Source of the DNA: a virus
Lineage: Duplodnaviria > Caudoviricetes
DNA length: 48,329 bases
IMG/VR virus record: IMGVR_UViG_3300017722_002806
Span: 1 to 48,329 of that record
Strand: one strand, 5' to 3'
Below the pieces are notes generated by a model. The model was not told the origin of the DNA. It saw only the letters and a program-made list of their open reading frames with translations, and did no database searches. Shown here one piece after another: positions 44,961 to 48,329 of this stretch. The position numbers and the translations under genes were made by a program. Every line of letters starts with the position of its first letter. Positions within the stretch are counted from its first letter, which is position 1.

Positions 44961-45704
44961 TTAAGGATTCCATTTATTTAATGCACTTATGTAATTACTA
45001 GTCATATGGTCTTTAACGGTCTGACCTGTGAAAACCGCTTTAAGGTATTCACCAACTCTTTCCCAATCAACCATCCATTTTTTAATATTACCCTCATCAT
45101 CAATTCTTAATTCGGTATTAACATGATGGTACCCAATATTTGGTGCACGAGTAACAACATCTAAATTATGAACTATTCTTAGGGATTCTATTGGAGATTT
45201 ATCAAAATTAGTTTTAAATACATTATTACCAACTCTTGGACTACCGATAGTACAACATATAATTTTATTTGATTTATAAATTGAATAAATCTCATATGCA
45301 CATAAGGTAGAAACCGCAGCACCTAAACTATGACCACAAACAATAATATTATCAACTTCACCTTCACCACCTAATGTGGATAATGCTTTTTCAAATGATT
45401 TATAAGTTTCGTCTTTAACAGCGTCCCAAGATGATTTAAATCCAATGTGAACTTTTTCACCATCTTGAACAAATGGAACTTTATCAATTGATGCATCGTT
45501 TTGGAAATCCTTTTTAGATGAACTTCCTCTCCAAACAATATAGATGGATTTGTCTTTTATCGCAACAAATCCTTGTGTGTCTGATTTTTTATCGTCAATC
45601 CATTTAATTAATTTTAATCTTTGTGCTTTAAAATCAATGTCTTTTTGTTCTGAATATACTTTGTCAGTTAAACCGACATTGTATAGTATTTCGTTTTTTG
45701 TCAT
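44961..45704 (-). CDS. Class 3 lipase (alpha/beta hydrolase)
   Basis: VWRGS, VHIGF, CGHSLGAA (GxSxG), TIGSPRVGN, DVVTRAP, DHMTSNY. Confidence 0.93.
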   Translation of the reverse strand: MTKNEILYNVGLTDKVYSEQKDIDFKAQRLKLIKWIDDKKSDTQGFVAIKDKSIYIVWRGSSSKKDFQNDASIDKVPFVQDGEKVHIGFKSSWDAVKDETYKSFEKALSTLGGEGEVDNIIVCGHSLGAAVSTLCAYEIYSIYKSNKIICCTIGSPRVGNNVFKTNFDKSPIESLRIVHNLDVVTRAPNIGYHHVNTELRIDDEGNIKKWMVDWERVGEYLKAVFTGQTVKDHMTSNYISALNKWNP

Positions 45705-45721
45705 TTTGTATTTGTTTTATG

Positions 45722-46777
45722 TTATTTACTTTTCTTTAAAAATTTATCCAAAATTGTTTTAGGGAAATGTTCTATAGTGAATATTAAAACCTTCCTCAAT
45801 ACAGGGTTTTTTATGACGTGATTTAAAAATTCTTTAATAACCTCTTTAATTGCAAATGATTTAGTGTCAAATTCTGTCCCATCAAAATATCTTGCACATG
45901 TTCCCTCACCACCTGGTGAACCATGATGAGCGTCTATAGAAGTACGCCAATAGTCAGCGTGATTTTGCCATTCAGGAACTGAAACTAATTCAGGTGAATT
46001 AAACCATAAATTCCATGATAATACATTACCTTTTTGTAGCATATTACCCGTAGCTATGTTAAAAATGTTTAAAAAATATTGATTAAACTTATCTAGTTTT
46101 TCATCGTTTGTAGGTATCATTCCTCCTATTTCAACATCAATATGTCCTGTTGTAAATGATCCTTCTTCGTGTAAAGCATATTCTGGATTTTTAAATCTTT
46201 TTGTTAAACCCTTTCCAAGTTGAAATATAGGTTGTTTAGGATTTCCTGGTAGATGTGTCCCAACACGAATGGCGTTTTCTTTGTCGATAGGATATTTGTG
46301 AGATCCGTATTTTAATAATGGCCAAATTGCTTTTAAATGACTACCTTGATGTTCACTTGGTGTTAACCAAATTTTTCCCTCAACCATCATATCCGCAGCA
46401 ATTTCTTTTGTGTCTTCATTAACCCATCCTCTTTGTCCTGTAACTGTTACTTCCACATTTATACAAATTTCATCTCCAATCCACATTCCTTGTTGAGGAC
46501 AGATTATGGAATAAATTCTACCTTCATTGGTATATCCTATTCTGGAAATATAAGGAGCAAATTGTACATAACAACGTTTTGGGTCTTTTTCCCCATTTAG
46601 GGTATTCCAACTAAACATCGGCCATTTAACACCCCATTGTCTTTGTAGTAAATTAATATTATCCATGTTACCCAACATAGGTAATGAAGTTAAATCTGTA
46701 GTAGGATATAACATTTGTTTTTGATTTTCAGATGGAAAACCACCTTGCCAGCCCGTAGGAATTTGTTCTTTTATCAT
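45722..46777 (-). CDS. Hypothetical protein
   Basis: 351-aa ORF; late motif at 46788-46796; no family recognised. Confidence 0.8.
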   Translation of the reverse strand: MIKEQIPTGWQGGFPSENQKQMLYPTTDLTSLPMLGNMDNINLLQRQWGVKWPMFSWNTLNGEKDPKRCYVQFAPYISRIGYTNEGRIYSIICPQQGMWIGDEICINVEVTVTGQRGWVNEDTKEIAADMMVEGKIWLTPSEHQGSHLKAIWPLLKYGSHKYPIDKENAIRVGTHLPGNPKQPIFQLGKGLTKRFKNPEYALHEEGSFTTGHIDVEIGGMIPTNDEKLDKFNQYFLNIFNIATGNMLQKGNVLSWNLWFNSPELVSVPEWQNHADYWRTSIDAHHGSPGGEGTCARYFDGTEFDTKSFAIKEVIKEFLNHVIKNPVLRKVLIFTIEHFPKTILDKFLKKSK

Positions 46778-46798
46778 ATTCTTTTAATATAAATATAT

Positions 46799-46825
46799 AA
46801 AAAAAGGGAGTTTTTAACTCCCTTT
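46799..46825 (-). terminator. Intrinsic terminator abutting a late motif
   Basis: AAAGGGAGTT-loop-AACTCCCTTT with a T tract on the minus strand. Confidence 0.9.
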
Positions 46826-46829
46826 CGTA

Positions 46830-47093
46830 TTAACCTTCATTTTCGACTTCTTCGTCTTGTTTGTTGTGTTTGTTATTTATGTACTTATCAACCGATGCGA
46901 TACCAAAGGCTCCAAGTGTTATCACTAAGAATCCGTTGAATATGAATTCGTTGATTACTAATGGTTTTCCAAAATATCCTGTAACAAGGTCAACCGCCAA
47001 TGCAATGACCATACAGATAAATGATGAAAACCCCACAACTGACTTCTCGTTAATTGTGTTACCGTCGTTAAATAATTCTTTTAAAAATCCCAT
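46830..47093 (-). CDS. Small two-TM membrane protein (holin-like)
   Basis: Two hydrophobic helices and a charged C-terminal tail. Confidence 0.65.
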   Translation of the reverse strand: MGFLKELFNDGNTINEKSVVGFSSFICMVIALAVDLVTGYFGKPLVINEFIFNGFLVITLGAFGIASVDKYINNKHNKQDEEVENEG

Positions 47094-47117
47094 AATTTAT
47101 TGTTTTTTGTTTTTTAT

Positions 47118-47735
47118 TTATCCTTCCATGTGTGTCTCGGACATTTCGTCTTTAATCTTACCACATTTTAAGCATTCTTCAGTTCCGTCCCCGTCTAAGT
47201 CACCCCAAACGTGTTCACATTGTCTGTGTGCAAAATACACGTCAATTTTACCATCACCATCAAAATCAATACCGTCCATTGTACCATCACCATCTTCATC
47301 AACCTCAATACCTGTTCTCGGTTGAACGGTTGGTACTTGTTCAAATGTATCGTTTACCTTTTCAATTTTTGAATTTTCAATCGCGGTTTGAAACGACTCA
47401 GGTATAATTGGTGTGTTGTTTGGTGGGGTATCCGGCAAATCGGCAGTAGTAGATAATGATGTACCATCTTCCTCGTCCATTTTCTGAACTAACATCTTAT
47501 CCTTATCAGTATCACTAAACCAATAGTCAATAATTTTACCATAAGAACCAATAAATGCTCCTAATAACAATAATAGAAGTTCTTTCCATTCTCCTTCTAT
47601 CGCCGATTTACTTAATATAGCAAAGAACATTCCCCCTATTATAAAAATAAATCCACCCAATACTAATGCTGTGATGTACCACCTTCTGGCCATCATTTTA
47701 CTTAATAAATCTTTAAATCCACTTGGTTGTTCCAT
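47118..47735 (-). CDS. Two-TM membrane protein with DxDGDG Ca-binding-like loops and a Cys/His cluster
   Basis: TMs followed by DYWFS; DEDGDG, DFDGDG, DLDGDG; CEHVW...CLKCG. Confidence 0.75.
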   Translation of the reverse strand: MEQPSGFKDLLSKMMARRWYITALVLGGFIFIIGGMFFAILSKSAIEGEWKELLLLLLGAFIGSYGKIIDYWFSDTDKDKMLVQKMDEEDGTSLSTTADLPDTPPNNTPIIPESFQTAIENSKIEKVNDTFEQVPTVQPRTGIEVDEDGDGTMDGIDFDGDGKIDVYFAHRQCEHVWGDLDGDGTEECLKCGKIKDEMSETHMEG

Positions 47736-47741
47736 ATTATA

Positions 47742-48059
47742 TTACCATTTTGGGGCTTCTTCTTTAAACTCATCACCTTCTTTTTTCTTAGGTTTTGCGA
47801 CAGGTTGTGCAGGTTTACCATCGGCACTTTTATTAATGATGATAGTTTTATTACCTTCAGCGGCTTGTTGTTGAGTCTGTGAATTTGTAATGTTAATTAC
47901 TGGTGCAGCTTGTACTGGTGCTGGTTCGGCTTTGTCACCACCACCTAAAAGTGTTGATAACCATACCCCACCCGCAGTTACTAATGTTCCCGCAACCCCA
48001 ATTATTGTCTTTTTTAAACCTGACCAAGTTCCTTCTGATTGTTCTACTTCTTCTGACAT
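47742..48059 (-). CDS. Single-TM hypothetical protein
   Basis: TIIGVAGTLVTAGGVWLSTLL followed by a Pro/Ala/Gln-rich tail. Confidence 0.75.
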   Translation of the reverse strand: MSEEVEQSEGTWSGLKKTIIGVAGTLVTAGGVWLSTLLGGGDKAEPAPVQAAPVINITNSQTQQQAAEGNKTIIINKSADGKPAQPVAKPKKKEGDEFKEEAPKW

Positions 48060-48078
48060 TTTATTTGTATTTAATTTT

Positions 48079-48329
48079 TTAGTTTATTTTATTAAAATCT
48101 GTTATTCCTAATTGTTTATTATTAGAATCAAATAACCCTATTCTATATGCTGATGATGGTAATGCATTGGTATATACCTTTAAAAGGTTATCGCCAGCAA
48201 TTACTGTCATTGTTTCTTTAGATACCACTCTATTTGAAATATCGAATATTTTAATCGTTACCGAACCCGCGGTTTCAATTTTAACATTCATCGCAACTTC
48301 TGAAGTAACAAATGCCGATTGTAATTTAA
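48079..48329 (-). CDS. Partial CDS ending in a T9SS C-terminal sorting-domain-like Ig fold
   Basis: Frame stays open to the right edge (KLQSAFVTSEVAMNVK...); TIKIFDISNRVV...AGDN...ALPSSAYRI...FNKIN resembles type A CTDs. Confidence 0.6.
   Translation of the reverse strand, partial: KLQSAFVTSEVAMNVKIETAGSVTIKIFDISNRVVSKETMTVIAGDNLLKVYTNALPSSAYRIGLFDSNNKQLGITDFNKIN

Noticed and set aside
1-48329. Stop-codon reassignment as seen in some large phages
   Set aside because: Conserved genes (MCP, portal, TerL, ClpC, Rnl1) are full length in the standard code; TAG ends dUTPase right after its final motif and TGA ends several coupled genes.

Overview
AT-rich (roughly 30% GC, by eye), gene-dense segment of a large T4-like tailed phage genome read in the standard genetic code. 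The host is most likely a Bacteroidota member: TTTG-N20-TAnnTTTG promoters, mostly A/T-rich start regions with no obvious Shine-Dalgarno, a Bacteroidia-type bS21 with Tyr54, signal peptides followed by Gln, and a T9SS-CTD-like domain all point that way. From left to right: a partial repeat-rich virion protein; putative head-internal proteins including a WYL-domain protein; a glycosyltransferase/acetyltransferase/dUTPase/PhoH block; a gp55-like late sigma factor; baseplate-like proteins; a run of small-module proteins and enzymes carrying shared terminal tags; the head module (MCP, scaffold, prohead protease, bS21, portal, TerL); a KTSC-nucleotidyltransferase pair; ClpC; an RNA-repair cassette (kinase, Rnl1, Rec-fold phosphoesterase) flanked by two candidate small RNAs; and a late envelope cluster (CsgG-like protein, two beta-barrel-like proteins, lipase, membrane proteins). 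The best candidates for undescribed biology are: (i) portable capsid-targeting tags with gp21-type cleavage sites fused to unrelated enzymes; (ii) a late promoter motif, TATTTAT(A), that is the reverse complement of the T4 late promoter and lies on the sense strand at 17 sites; (iii) two promoter-to-terminator structured RNAs sharing a U-rich motif; (iv) a 32-bp perfect palindrome that makes bS21 and its convergent neighbour end in the same peptide; (v) the CsgG/OMP/T9SS-CTD envelope module. All family assignments are by motif recognition from memory; no database search was run.
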